This document shows positions 12,161 to 25,781 of a DNA stretch of 64,000 nucleotides, in pieces. The DNA lies in assembly GCF_018350175.1 (NCBI RefSeq), contig NC_058368.1:117120001-117184000 (forward strand), read 5' to 3'. Source of the stretch: Felis catus. Taxonomy: Eukaryota. Under the pieces are notes generated by a model that searched no databases, was not told the DNA's origin, and saw nothing but the letters and a program-made list of their open reading frames with translations. Numbering within the stretch: the first letter of the stretch is position 1; each line of letters starts with the position of its first letter. A program made the translations under genes and the position numbers.

Positions 12161-14584
12161 ATGGCAGCTCTGCAAAAGCGCCGGCACCAGAGCGGATTAG
12201 TGGTACTCGTTATTCTGCTGGGGATTCTGGGGGGGCTCGGGGCCAGGCAGATCCGTTATTCCATTCCTGAAGAGCTGGACAAAGGTTCCTTCGTAGGAAA
12301 CATCGCTGACGATCTGGGGCTAGAGCTCCAGGAGCTGGGGGAGCGTGGAGTCCGCATCGTCTCCAGAGGTAGGATGCAGCTCTTTTCTCTGAACCCGCGA
12401 AGCGGCAACTTGGTCACCGCAGACAGAATAGACCGGGAGGAGCTCTGTGCCCAGACCGCGCGGTGTCTGGTGAGTTTTAACATCCTCATTGAGGATAAAC
12501 TGAATCTTTATCCCATAGAAGTGGAAATACTGGACATTAATGACAACACACCCCGATTCTTTAGGGAAGAATTAGAAGTGAAAATTCCGGAAAACGCGCC
12601 CCCATCCTCTCGTTTTCCACTAATGGAGGTCTATGACCTGGATGTGGGAATGAACTCTCTTCAAGGCTTCAAACTCAGCAAGAATAGTCACTTCTCAGTG
12701 GACGTGCAGAGTGAAGCTGACAGGCCCAAATACCCGGAGCTGGTGCTTGAGAGTGCCCTGGATCGGGAGGGAGATGCCGTTTACCACCTCATCCTTACTG
12801 CTGTGGATGGCGGTGAACCTGTCCGCTCAGGCACTGCTCGAATTCTGGTAACTGTCCTAGACGTGAATGACAACGCTCCAGTATTTACTCAGCCTGTCTA
12901 TCGTGTAAGTGTTCCTGAAAACCTGCCAGTAGGCACACCAGTCTTGTCGGTAAATGCTACTGACCAGGATGAAGGAGTCCATGCGGAAGTAATGTATTCC
13001 TTCCTGAGGGTAACAGAAAAGATCTCCAAGATTTTCTGCTTGAATGTTTTCACTGGAGAAATCTCGATCTCTGCAAATTTAGACTATGAGGATTCAAGCT
13101 TTTATGAACTGGATGTTGAAGCCAGAGATAGGCCAGGTCTACTTGACAGAGCAAAAGTCTTAATAACTATCTTAGATGTAAATGATAATGTACCAGAAGT
13201 GGTAGTTACATCTGGAAGCAGATCAGTTGCTGAAAGTATGCCTCCAGGAACAGTAATCGCTCTTTTTCAAGTATATGATAGAGACTCTGGACTGAATGGC
13301 CTGGTAACATGCTCCATCTCAAGAAGTATGCCATTTGAACTGGAAAAATCAGTAGACAATTATTATCGATTAGTGACCAATACAGTACTAGATCGAGAAC
13401 AGGTATCCTTGTACAACATCACTGTAACAGTCACAGACAAAGGAATTCCACCTCTGTCTACAGAAACACTTATTTACCTAAATGTGGCAGATATCAACGA
13501 CAACCCACCTGCCTTCCCCCACTCCTCCTATTCTGTCTACATCCCTGAAAACAACCCCAGAGGTGCCTCCATCTTCTCTGTGACTGCACATGACCCGGAC
13601 AGCCATGAGAATGCCCAAGTCACTTACTCCCTGTCTGAAGACACGCTCCGGGGGGCACCCCTATCCTCCTATGTGTCCATCAACTCTGACACTGGTGTCC
13701 TATATGCCTTGCATTCCTTCGACTATGAGCAATTCCGTGACCTGCAACTGAGAGTGACTGCGCAGGACAGCGGAGACCCACCGCTTAGCAGCAATGTGTC
13801 CTTGAGTATATTCATTCTTGACCAGAATGACAACACACCGGAGATCCTGTACCCCGCCCTCCCCACCGACGGTTCCACAGGCGTGGAGCTGGCACCCCGA
13901 TCGGCAGAGCCCGGCTACCTGGTAACCAAGGTGGTGGCGGTGGATAGAGACTCTGGCCAGAACGCCTGGTTGTCCTACCGTCTGCTCAAGGCCAGCGAGC
14001 CAGGGCTTTTCGCGGTGGGGCTGCACACGGGCGAGGTGCGCACAGCGCGGGCCCTGCAGGACAGAGATGCGCTCAAGCAGAGCCTAGTGGTGGCAGTGCA
14101 AGACCACGGCCAACCCCCTCTCTCGGCCACCGTCACGCTCACCGTGGCGGTGGCCGACAGCATTCCAGACGTCCTGACTGACCTGGGCAGCATCAGGCCC
14201 TCGGCCGACCCTGATGATTCGGATCTCACGCTGTACCTGGTGGTGGCGGTGGCCGCAGTTTCCTGCGTCTTCCTTGCCTTTGTGATCGTGCTGCTGGGAC
14301 TCAGGCTGAGGCGCTGGCATTCGTCCCGTCTGCTCCAGGCTGCGGGGGTTGGATTGGAGGGCGTGCCCGCCTCGAGCTTTGTGGGCGTGGACGGAGTGCG
14401 CGCTTTTCTGCAGACCTACTCCCGGGAGGTCTCGGTCAGGGCGGACTCCAGGGAGAGTCACGTGATCTTCCCTCAGCCCAACTATGCCGACACGCTTATC
14501 AGCGGAGAAAGCTGTGGGAAAAGCGAGCCTCTTTTGACTCAGGAAGATTCTGGTTTTTGTAAAGAGGAAGACTCCCTTGTTCAG
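12161..14584 (+). CDS. PCDHGA6: Protocadherin gamma-A6 variable exon (808 codons)
   Basis: Full EC1-6 and TM; donor CAG|GTGAG at 14585; [16 protein letters not shown] and position fit A6. Confidence 0.88.
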
Positions 14585-14827
14585 GTGAGGTTATTCCTTT
14601 TATTGGTTTTATTTGAACAAGAACGTTTAAAATTTTCTTTGATCAGTGTTTAGTTTTCTTAGTCTTTGCAGTGCGTCAATTTTGAGAATTTTTAAAATAT
14701 CAGTTGAACTCTATTAAATCTTAGTTTCGTCTAATTTCATGAAAAAATCTTAATGTATGATGCAGTTTTTCTTTACCTTTCTGCTGGCAAGCTCTTTCTG
14801 CCTTGGGTTTCGTTCATTTCTTTTGTT

Positions 14828-14829
<2 letters not shown>

Positions 14830-14875
<46 letters not shown>
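14830..14875. repeat. (GT)n microsatellite
   Basis: About 23 perfect GT units. Confidence 0.97.
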
Positions 14876-14877
<2 letters not shown>

Positions 14878-14907
14878 CCTGCCTTGTGACATTTGTGAGA
14901 TTCTTTT

Positions 14908-14963
14908 TCTTTTCAAAATGTTTTTAATTTATTTTGAGAGAGAAAGTATTTGAGCAGGGGAGG

Positions 14964-15004
<41 letters not shown>

Positions 15005-15139
15005 AGAGAGAGAGAGAGTATATCCCAGGTTGGCAGAGCCTGAAGTGGGGATCCATCCACCACCCTGGGATCATGACCTGAGCTGAAATTCAGAGTGAAA
15101 TCCAGAGACCCTCAATCAATTGAGCCAGTCAGGTGCCCC
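14908..15139 (-). mobile_element. CanSINE with expanded (GA)n
   Basis: SINE body with a long GA run; TGAGATTCTTTT on both flanks. Confidence 0.88.
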
Positions 15140-15671
15140 ATGAGATTCTTTTTCTAATGTAAAAAAAACTGAATTGCAGCCTCTGTTAAGATCAAGGTCT
15201 CAGTTTCCCCCGATTTTAATTAATAGCACGTGCTTTCTAAAATAATGGAGATTTGTGAGAGATATTTTCCCCCTTTACTACTTAGGAATTAAAAATTATT
15301 TTTATGAAAGATAAAAGTAATTGATCTCTGTAGCAGAGAAGACCCGATCTTTGGTGTTAGCCTGAATAACATTCCTGGAACTATTTGTTATTCATCTCGG
15401 GCCAGTCACAATATCTATAGTTTTTAAAGTAAAATTTAAATTAAAAAGACTTGTCTTCTTTACTTCACACAAATTCTGAGAAAATATAACAAAATAATTA
15501 AAGTTTTTTTCAACTATAAAGTAGTATAGTGAACAAGTATTTGTTGACATCACCAGTATTATAATTGTGATTGTTAACATGTTAACAAATGTAAGCATCT
15601 GATGCTGTATGCCTACTATAATGTCTTCTGCAATCTGTGTGCTTGATAGTACTTAAGAGTGCAAATGAATT

Positions 15672-15892
15672 TTTAAAATAATTTTTAATGTTTATTTTTG
15701 AGAGAGAGAGGAGAGAGAGTGCACTATTGTGCACAAGCAGTGGAGGGGCAGAGAGAGAGGGAGACAGAAGATCCCAAGCAGGCTCTGTGCTGACAGCAGA
15801 GAGCCTGATGCAGGGATGGAACTCATGAAACAGGAGATCATGATCCCAGATGAAGCCAGATGCTTAATCAAATGAGCCACCCATGCACTCCC
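15672..15892 (-). mobile_element. CanSINE
   Basis: GATCCCAAGCAGGCTCTGTGCTGACAGC...GAGCCACCC; AAATGAATTT on both flanks. Confidence 0.9.
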
Positions 15893-16488
15893 GAAATGAA
15901 TTTCTAACTATGCTTATTAGTGTCCACTTACAAGGATGTATCTCTAAAAATTAGAGAATTGAATATTGAATGGGAGAATGAAGGATTGATAGTGTTCAAA
16001 TAAGAATTTAAATAATTTAGCATATTTAACCCACATAAAATAAGGTTTCTGTCACATAGAAACTCTATCCAAATATTTAAGGAAAGGAGAGCTGTCATTA
16101 GAAGAATTAGTCTCATTCATCATGGCCCAAAGGTGTGAATGAAATTGTGGTTTGATGAGTAGAAAAAAGCAAGGTTTTGAGTTGTTGAAGTTGTTCTAAT
16201 GGAAAATGGATTGCCTAGGAGGTAACAGGTTCTATTATTAGCTCCTTTCAAAAGTAAGCTGTTGGCCCTGGAATTAATAGAATACAGGGGATAATATAAT
16301 TGGACGAGTTGTTGACATACATAATAGTCAAGGTATTTTCCAATCCTGAGCTGGAGGATTCTATGATCTGATAATGCAATAGATTGGCCACTTATGCTTC
16401 TAAATTGGGTATTCACATTTAACATAAATAATTGAAAAGATATGTTGAAATAAATGAGAATCTTCCTTTGTAACCGGAAATTGTCAGT

Positions 16489-16706
16489 CTTTTTTTTTTA
16501 ATGTTTATTTATTTCTTTTTCAGAGAGAGAGAGTGTGTGTGCACAAGGGGGTGAAGGGGAGAGAGCAAGGGAAACACAGAATCTGAAGCAGGCTCCAGGC
16601 TCTGAGTTATCAGCGCAGCCTGATGTGGTCCTTAAGCCCACCAACTGTGAGATCATGACCTAAGCTGAAGTTGGATGCTTAACCAAGTGAAACACCCAGG
16701 TGCCCC
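16489..16706 (-). mobile_element. CanSINE (left arm of an inverted pair)
   Basis: Poly-T tail, GAATCTGAAGCAGGCTCCAGGCTCTGAG, ends CACCCAGGTGCCCC. Confidence 0.92.
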
Positions 16707-16727
16707 AATCATCTCTGAGATAATATT

Positions 16728-16945
16728 GGGGCACCTGCGTGGCTCAGTCGGTTAAGCATCTGACTTCGGCTCAGGTCATGATCTCGCAGTTTGTGAGTTC
16801 AAGCCCTGAATCGCATTGGGCTCTGTGCTGACAGCTCGGAGCCTGGAGCCTGCTTCGGATTCCGTGTCTCCTTCTATCTCTGCCCCTCCCCCACTTGTGC
16901 TCTGTCTCTCTCTGTTTCTCAAAAATAAATAAACGTAAAAAAAAT
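16728..16945 (+). mobile_element. CanSINE (right arm of an inverted pair)
   Basis: GGGGCACCTGCGTGGCTCAGTCGGTTAAG...AAAATAAATAAACG tail. Confidence 0.92.
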
Positions 16946-18822
16946 TTTAATATAATGTTGAGTTGATGGCTTTAAATTAGATGCTAAATGCATTCTATGT
17001 TTTCCCAAATCAGTATTGTGGTATTTACATCTCAGAGATTATTTTAGAATTATTTATTTCAAGATTCCAAATGTATATGACTAAGAGATTCCAGACATAC
17101 AAAACATACACATTTTCAAATATGATTTTCTTGGACATTTGTGATATAATTATTTGATGGTTTTATTAGGAATTTAATAGTAAATAATTTTAAACAACTT
17201 GAATCTTGGGTATTGGTCATGGGAGTCAGATTATCTCATACAAGTATTAAGATTTGTTTGATATGATCTGAGAGTGTACATGTTTTTTATAGCACCAATT
17301 CTGGATGATTTAAGCTACATCTTGAAAAAATAAAAATAAATTACATCTTAAACCTGCATTGTTGTAAGCAAAGTTCACTTAACTGGGTTTTATGGATAGT
17401 AGGCAGGTTTATTTTATTCGTCTTATCTGTTCACTCACTAATGGGATAGTAGGATGGTTTGTTTCATTATTTCATTCTCTTACCTGAATTACCTATGACC
17501 ATTTCATTTAAATAAATAAAATATTTTATTGAGAAAAACTATCAGATTCTACTCTCAATAATACTCATTCATGTGGACTGACCAAGTGTTAAATCCTAGC
17601 AGTCATGGAATTTGCTAAATTCTGACTAACTGAGGTTCTCAGACCTATATACAATACAGATCATATTAATAAGATAGGCAGTCTGAAATTTTAAGTACTG
17701 AATTTTGAAGCATCAGGAAGAAAACCTACCAAATTATTGGGCTAGTTTATCATCTTTGAAAACCACCCATCTGATGAAACTTCTGTTGAGGTGACAGTTG
17801 TCAATGGGAAGAAGTAAAAATCTCAGAGAGAAATGGAAAATACCTACATGTTTGCCTGGGAATGTAAATCTAAACAGAACTCCAAACAATGTTTTCTCAA
17901 TAGAAAAAAAGTTCCATAAAGAAAGGAGAGACGATGAATAACTCGATGCCTAGGAAGTCAATTAGGCTTTCCATACAATTTTTTCCATAGAATTTTTTAT
18001 GCAAGTAAACAGATGAAGGTCCATTCTTCCTAATAACTCAATCAATAATAACATACTTCCTTTAAAACTATAAACTTATTTCAGTTTTATATGGTAAGCC
18101 TATGTTATATTTAATGTAACTCATTGGTCTAGTAGAGATCTTTAATATTTAAATTTATGTTGTAGAGTAACTTAGAAAAATTGGTTACTAGAGATATAAA
18201 GCCAGTTATTCCCTAAAGTATGCTTTATGTTCAGAGTATGTTCATAATCTTATTCATCTAGATCTTACTTATTTAGTTCCAAATAAGGTATCCAGAAGTA
18301 ATAAGTTAACTGAGACTTTTTAAAAATAGTAGAATAAGAAAGAAATGTGAGATGGCACTATGATTTTTGAAGTGTTAGGTAGAAAAAAGATCACAACATT
18401 GGCAGCCATAATATTCAGACATAAAAGTTTTGTTTAAAAATGTCTGCAAGTACTCATGATCTTTAATGACTTTGCTTACGTCAATAAGAAGTTCAAAATT
18501 ACTACTAAACAAATAGTATTAACTCCTATTTATGGAACTAATCTGTAATACTCATATTGGCTCCTTTGAACAAAAAGTTATTCTGTCTACTTGGTGAAAA
18601 CAAACATGGCTGTAAATTATTTTGATAGATTAAAACAGCATTTCATTCAAAGCATTGCCTATATTTTGGACCAGTGCCATCAGAGAGCAGAAATAGATTA
18701 CGTAGTTAGGAAATCTCCAGCAACTAAGTCAAGCATTTTCAGTGCTACTTTTCATTTCTCTTCCTGGTGCTGCTATCTACTCCCCTATGGCTTAAAATAA
18801 TTTACAAAGCAAGGTTATTTCT

Positions 18823-18934
18823 TTTTTAAAAAGTTTATTTATATAAGTAATCTCTAAACCTAACATGGGGCCTGAACTCACAATCTCAAAATCAAGAATT
18901 GCACGCTCTTCCAACTGAGCCATCCAGGTGCCCC
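18823..18934 (-). mobile_element. Short CanSINE
   Basis: TAACATGGGGCCTGAACTCAC...TGAGCCATCCAGGTGCCCC; GGTTATTTCTT near both flanks. Confidence 0.82.
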
Positions 18935-19986
18935 ATGAAGTAGGGTTATTTCTTGCCAGGTCTTCATTTCAGAACAGGTAACTCTCTTTTCTCTTGCAAC
19001 TATGTGGAAGGAACTTTATTTCTATAAGCTGAGAAGAACTGAGCCATCAACAATTCAGTTTTACTTAACATCAGTGGAAAAATTGGTACCTCTAATGATC
19101 TTCTCAGGACAGTTCTGTTTGTATGCTCAAAGGGTATCTGGAGGCCCATCTTTTTTCAATTATTCTAGAATAATCATCTAGAGTAGGAAGATTATTTGAA
19201 TTGCATAATGAAGAGAAGCAGTCAACATCCACTTTAACACTCCACAGCTAGTAGAATCTCTGCAAATTCCTGCCTTCTGTACAAAATTTCGTCTATAGCT
19301 GACTGTTACTGCTTGGGTTCTCGCCTCATCTCTAATGGCACTTTTTGAGCATAAAGCATCAGCCAAGGCAAATGGTTTTCTTTTTTCTGCTCAAAACACT
19401 GGAAGTGATGATATTTGTATTCCAACGTATACTATTATATATATAATCAAGGGCAAGGTAATTTCCTCTTATTTTTAAAATCATTAAAATGAAGGTATTG
19501 GACTAAATCATCTCTAAGGTTCCTTCCAAACAAAAACTTAATTAAATGACCTGTCTGTATCTTAAAGAAAATTTTGACTGAGTCTTACGTGGTAGTGTCT
19601 AGAACATAGTATGTGTTCAATATTAATGAATTAACTTAAATTTATTATACTGATGAAAACGATTTCTACATAGCATCTTTCTTATGTATACATACACACA
19701 CCTTTTCAAAATAAGTTGTACTTTTTTTTACCTGAAAACACTACTTTTACTCCATGTTCAGTGAAGTCTGAGGTAGCACCCAACATCATTTCAAAGTTGC
19801 AATGCAAAAGAGAAAAAAAATGTAATTATCTTGAATTTATAAGCATCCATCATAAGCATTGTTGCATTATTTCATTTAACTGGAATGTATTTTTAAGTTA
19901 GATATATAGATTGAAGACATATAAATGGAAGGATTTTGAAGGATAAAACAACTTTCTGAAAAATCAGTTATCTTGCTTCAATATGG

Positions 19987-20028
19987 TGCAGTAACTTAGT
20001 AAGGACTCTGAGCGCCGCTGTTCACCAA
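19987..20028 (+). promoter_or_regulatory. CSE / CTCF site of the A7 promoter
   Basis: TGCAGTAAC...AAGGACTCTGAGCGCCGCTGTTCACCAA, with CGCT at 20016. Confidence 0.9.
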
Positions 20029-20255
20029 CCACGGGGAAAGTGGTGCAATAAGATCTGCCAGAGCCACCGAGATTTTACAGTACAAAGAAACATCAGATTG
20101 AGACAAATTCTCTTCCAAGCTGCATCAAACTCCGGTCTCTATTATACTAAATTCCGGGCTTCTCTTATGAATACAAAGGATTCCACGCTGACACACTGGC
20201 ATCCATAAGCGCAAAAGGAGATAGTCCAGTGTCTAACAAGATCAGCAGGACAACA

Positions 20256-22676
20256 ATGGCGACTCTGAAGAGGGGTCGAGACTACAGAGGATTCATCCTG
20301 CTCTCCATCCTCCTGGGGACCCGGAGAGAAGCTTGGGCAGGACATATTTTCTACTCTTTGCCGGAGGAAACAGACACAGGGTCTTTTGTGGGTAATATCG
20401 CTAAGGATCTGGGCCTGGAGCCCCGGGAACTGGCAGAGCACGGAATCCGCATCGTCTCCAGAGGTAGGACACAGCTTTTCGCTCTGAATCCGCGAAGCGG
20501 CAGCTTGGTCACTGCAGGCAGAATAGACCGGGAGGAGCTCTGCGCTCAGAGTGCACGGTGCCTGGTGAACTTTAACATCCTGATGGATAAAATGAGTCTT
20601 TACCCTATAGAAGTGGAAATAATAGATGTTAATGACAATTCTCCTAGATTCTTGACAGAAGAAATGACTGTAAAAATAATGGAGAACACAGCTCCTGGGG
20701 TGCGGTTTCCCTTAAATGAGGCTAGGGATCCAGATGTGGGCACGAACTCGCTCCAGAGCTACCAGCTCAGTCCCAATCGTCACTTCTCCCTGGTTGTGCA
20801 GACTGGAGATGATGGAGCTAAATATCCAGAATTAGTGCTGGAAAGGGTGCTGGATAGAGAGGAAGAGGCTGTTCACCACCTACTTCTTACAGCCTCTGAC
20901 GGCGGTGACCCACCCCGATCGGAAACCGCCCGCATCCAGGTAACTGTGGTGGATGTGAATGATCACGTGCCAGTCTTCTCTTTGCCTCAGTACCAAGTAA
21001 CTGTCCCTGAGAACGTACCAGTGGGCACAAGATTGCTCACAGTACACGCTGTCGATCTGGATGAGGGAGTCAATGGGGAAGTGACATATTCTTTCCGGAA
21101 AATAACTCAAAAAATTCTACAGATATTCCAACTGAACCCTCATACAGGAGAATTATCAACTTCAGAAGGCCTAGATTATGAAGAGTCCAGCTACTATGAA
21201 ATGGAAGTTCAGGCTCAGGATGGTCCTGGTAGCATGACAAGGGCTAAAGTAATTATCACAATTTTAGATGTGAATGACAATGCCCCAGAAGTGACTCTAA
21301 CATCTGTAAGCAACTCAATCCCTGAAGACACTCCTCCTGGAACAGTAATTGCTCTTTTCTACCTTCAAGATCGAGATTCCGGCAAGAATGGTGAGGTGAC
21401 CTGCACTATTTCAGAAAATCTGCCTTTTAAATTAGAAAGATCAGTAGACAATTATTATAGGTTGGTGACAGCGAAAAACCTAGACCGGGAAAAACTCCCT
21501 GTGTATAACATCACACTGAAAGCCACAGATGGTGGAACCCCACCCTTGTCCATGGAAACTCACATCTCAGTGAATGTGGCAGATACCAACGACAACCCAC
21601 CTGCCTTCCCCCACTCCTCCTATTCTGTCTACATCCCTGAAAACAACCCCAGAGGTGCCTCCATCTTCTCTGTGACTGCACATGACCCGGACAGCCATGA
21701 GAATGCCCAAGTCACTTACTCCCTGTCTGAAGACACGCTCCGGGGGGCACCCCTATCCTCCTATGTGTCCATCAACTCTGACACTGGTGTCCTATATGCC
21801 TTGCATTCCTTCGACTATGAGCAATTCCGTGACCTGCAACTGAGAGTGACTGCGCAGGACAGCGGAGACCCACCGCTTAGCAGCAATGTGTCCTTGAGTA
21901 TATTCATTCTTGACCAGAATGACAACACACCGGAGATCCTGTACCCCGCCCTCCCCACCGACGGTTCCACAGGCGTGGAGCTGGCACCCCGATCGGCAGA
22001 GCCCGGCTACCTGGTAACCAAGGTGGTGGCGGTGGATAGAGACTCTGGCCAGAACGCCTGGTTGTCCTACCGTCTGCTCAAGGCCAGCGAGCCAGGGCTT
22101 TTCGCGGTGGGGCTGCACACGGGCGAGGTGCGCACAGCGCGGGCCCTGCAGGACAGAGATGCGCTCAAGCAGAGCCTAGTGGTGGCAGTGCAAGACCACG
22201 GCCAACCCCCTCTCTCGGCCACCGTCACGCTCACCGTGGCGGTGGCCGACAGCATTCCAGACGTCCTGGCCGATCTGGGCAGTCTCGAGCCCCCAGCTGA
22301 CCCTGATGCCTCAGGTCTCACGCTGTACCTGGTGGTGGCGGTGGCCGCAGTCTCCTGCGTCTTCCTTGCCTTTGTGATCGTGCTGCTGGGACTCAGGCTG
22401 AGGCGCTGGCATTCGTCCCGTCTGCTCCAGGCTGCGGGGGTTGGATTGGCTGGCGTGCCAGCCTCGCGCTTTGTGGGCGTGGATGGCGTGCGGGCTTTCC
22501 TGAAGACGTATTCCCACGAGGTCTCCCTCACCGCGGACTCCAGGGAGAGTCACTTGATCTTCCCCCAGCCCAACTATGCAGACATGCTCCTCAGTCTGGA
22601 GAGCTGTGAGAAAAAAGATCCCTCATTAACATCTATAGATTTTCATGGATGTAAGGACGAAGCAGAAAATATTCAG
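20256..22676 (+). CDS. PCDHGA7: Protocadherin gamma-A7 variable exon (807 codons)
   Basis: ACAATGG Kozak start at 20256 (the ORF track begins at an upstream GTG); EC1-6 and TM; donor CAG|GTGAGT at 22677. Confidence 0.88.
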
Positions 22677-23122
22677 GTGAGTTCACTAATACGTTTATCT
22701 TTACATCCTTGAGGAATTATATTTTGTGTAATTTTCTTTACTGTATTGTGAAACAAATGTTTTAAAAATGTAAGAGGCAAAAGCAAGTTAACCGATTTAT
22801 TTAACATAGAACACTTATTGACATAGGTTTTGGTGTCATTTCCTTAGTGAAAGCCTATACAAGACTGTGAATAAGTGGACTGTCACATTTTTATACCTTC
22901 CATGTATTTTCCCTTCAGTGTTCTCAATTCATGTGTTTTATAAATGAGAATAAATTGTTACATGTTTTTCATTGCATTGGGTTAGCAAGAGGAAAATACA
23001 GCTCATACACCTTGTCAGGATTCTTTTTAGATTAGATCTAGGAAAGGTTCTTGAAGACCTTCTGCCTCCATATACCTCAACTTTATGACTTTGAAAATCT
23101 CAGTTGCTTCCTGACATATTTA

Positions 23123-23515
23123 AAAATTTTAACTCCAGTATAGTTAATATACAGTGTTAGTTTCAGGTGTACGATATAGTGATTCAGCAATTCTGTACAT
23201 CACCCAGTGGTCATCATGACAAATCCACTACTTAACCTATCACCTATTTCACCCATTCCCCTCACCCACCTCCCCTCTGATAACCACCAGTTTATTCTCA
23301 ATAATTAAGAATCGGTTTCTTGGCTTCTCTCTGTCTCTCACTTTCCCCTTGCTTATTTGTTTCATTTCTTAAATTCCCATATGAGTGAAATCATATGGTA
23401 TTTGTCTTTCTCTGACAGACTTATTTCACTTAGCATTATACTCTTGAGCTCCATCCATGTCATCGCAAATGACAAGATTTCATTTTTTTTGTGGCTGAAT
23501 AATATTCCAGTGTGT

Positions 23516-23555
<40 letters not shown>

Positions 23556-24144
23556 ATATGGATATGTATGTATGTGTATGTGTATATGTGTATATATATA
23601 TAAATTTTCTTTATCCATTCATCAATGGATACTTGGACTATTTCCATAGTTTAGCTAGTTTAAATAATGCTGCTGCAAATATTGGGGTATGTGCATCCCT
23701 TTGGATTAGTGGTTTTGTATATTTTTAAAAAATATTTATTTTGAGAGAGTGTGCGTGTGTGGGGGTGGGGGAGAGAAGAGGGAGAGAATCCCAAGCAGAC
23801 TTTGTGTTGTGAGCACAGAGCCCGACGGGCGCTGGATCCCATGAACCGCGAGATCATGACCTGAGCCAAAATCAAGAGTCTGCTGGTCAGCCAACTGAGC
23901 CACACAGGTACCCCTGTATTTTTGTATCTTGAGGGTAAATACCCCAGTGGCACCATTACTGGATAATATCTTAGTTATATTTTTAACTTTTTGAGGAACC
24001 TCCAACTTGTTTTTCACAGTGGCTGCACCAGTTTGCATTCCCACCAACAATCCAGGAGGGTTACTTTTTCTCCACATCCTCACCAACATTTGTCAGTCCT
24101 TGTGTTTTTGATTTTAGCCATTCTGACAAGTGTGAGGTGTTATT
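23123..24144 (-). mobile_element. Carnivore L1 3' fragment (~1 kb) carrying a nested (GT)n tract and a nested SINE
   Basis: CATATGAGTGAAATCATATGGTATTTGTCTTTCTCTGAC and TTTGAGGAACCTCC...GGCTGCACCAGTTTGCATTCCCACCAACA are L1 3' motifs; TTGCTTCCT(G/A)ACAT flanks both ends. Confidence 0.9.
23722..23914 (-). mobile_element. CanSINE inserted in L1
   Basis: GAGAGAATCCCAAGCAGAC...GAGATCATGACCTGAGCC...CAGGTACCCC interrupts the L1 sequence. Confidence 0.88.
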
Positions 24145-25781
24145 TTGCTTCCTAACATTTTAAAGCATAATCATCTATTAAAGTTATATCCTGGTAGAAG
24201 GTTAGACTGATGCCTAAAGAATGGAATGTGTGTGTCAAGCGTCACTAAGACCTATATCAATGAGAGATAGGGATCTAATGCCACACTAAAGGTTATTGCC
24301 TGAAACCAATAAAATATGACATCGAATAAAGTGTCATTTCAAGTTGCACTTGTGAAATAAGCATATATATGTTTTAAGACAAAATTTCATTGTACTGTGT
24401 TAGCAGTACAGCCATGTGAAGTGTGTTTATGGGCTCTCCTAGTGGGAGATTGGGGATGCTTGCTTTATGAAACAACAATTTTGTATACTCAAGACCAGAA
24501 GTTGATTCAACTTATTGGATATGCTAAAAAAAATTCAGTTAGAAATAACCCAATCTGGGGTTAACTACATTTATATTCATTATGTAACATTTTACTAAAG
24601 CTCAGTACATCAGTTGATTAGCAACTAGAAGGGGTTGATGACAAGTAATTTTGTTTACTTGGACCTACTTGTTTACTAGGAACTATGCAAAATATTATTC
24701 CCTTTGTAACTTTGAAGATTGATGTTACATTTTGTAACCAGGAAAATAATTCTTCAATAGAAAGGAGGGGGATAGGCTAACTCTTCCTGGGTATAGTAAC
24801 CTTTTGGGTGTTAAATAAAAGGACTTTTTTCTAGCACAGTATTGTGTTTGGTGGTATTTTGCATAAATTGGGCTGTGCAATAGTGTGGAAGTATGTTTCA
24901 TATATTTTGCAGTGTTCAGATATACAATCACTTGAGAAGACAATAACTGATACTTGGTGAGGCAGAAATATGATTATCAGGTATTTTGAAAAAGAATATC
25001 CCCAAATTCATTAGATACTTAAAAATATTTTTCAAGAAAGGAAAGTGACCTAAACTCAGTATGCTACTGCAATTGAATATCCTAGGGATTATTTTATCAA
25101 TTGAGCTCATCATGTGATGTTCAATTTAAGCACAGAAGTGGGAGCCAGAACCTCACTGCAGTAGACCACGGTTAGTGACCTTATGTTGCAAGTCAAACTA
25201 TATTTCCCTGCTAACTTTCAAGGTTGATGTTATATTTTATAACCAGGAAAATAATTGTGCAATGCAAAGGAGGAATAGGCTAATGTTTTCCCAGCTGTCA
25301 TTTTCTTAAATGGGTGACATGTAGGTCATATGATACTACTATAAAGAAATTGCTGAAACTATTTTGAAAGAAGAGGGTTTAGAGGTAAATATAAATTGTG
25401 CCCTTTTAAAGACAATTTCAGCATTACTGATACTTTCTGAAAAATTGAAATGAATCAGCATGGAGGTACCCAAAAACTAATGAAATCAGGAAAAACGGGA
25501 ATAAGGAAAGAAGGATAAAACTTTACTCATATTACTATTCAAAATTACTGTATTCTGAGATCATTTAGGCCAAGTATGTGTTATAGTAATCTTTCTATTA
25601 CAGTGCGGATTTGAGATGCATGTCAACATGTTGATTACCCTAAACCCTGGAAATTTGGGATAACTATGTAGTTAATAGTGCAAATTAATCGTCATTAAAT
25701 ATATGAACATATAAAAATAATTTGTTCATTTAGGCGCTGGATTGTGATTATTGTAACTGGTTAAACTGAAGCAGCAGGGGC

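Noticed and set aside
19480..19640. Possible MIR/L2 remnants (also near 7760-7900, 35120-35240, 62800-62870) and an old L1 end near 54800-54910
   Set aside because: Too degenerate to delimit by eye; a Dfam search is needed.
23357..24089. ORFs of 98-123 aa
   Set aside because: Derived from L1, SINE and microsatellite sequence.
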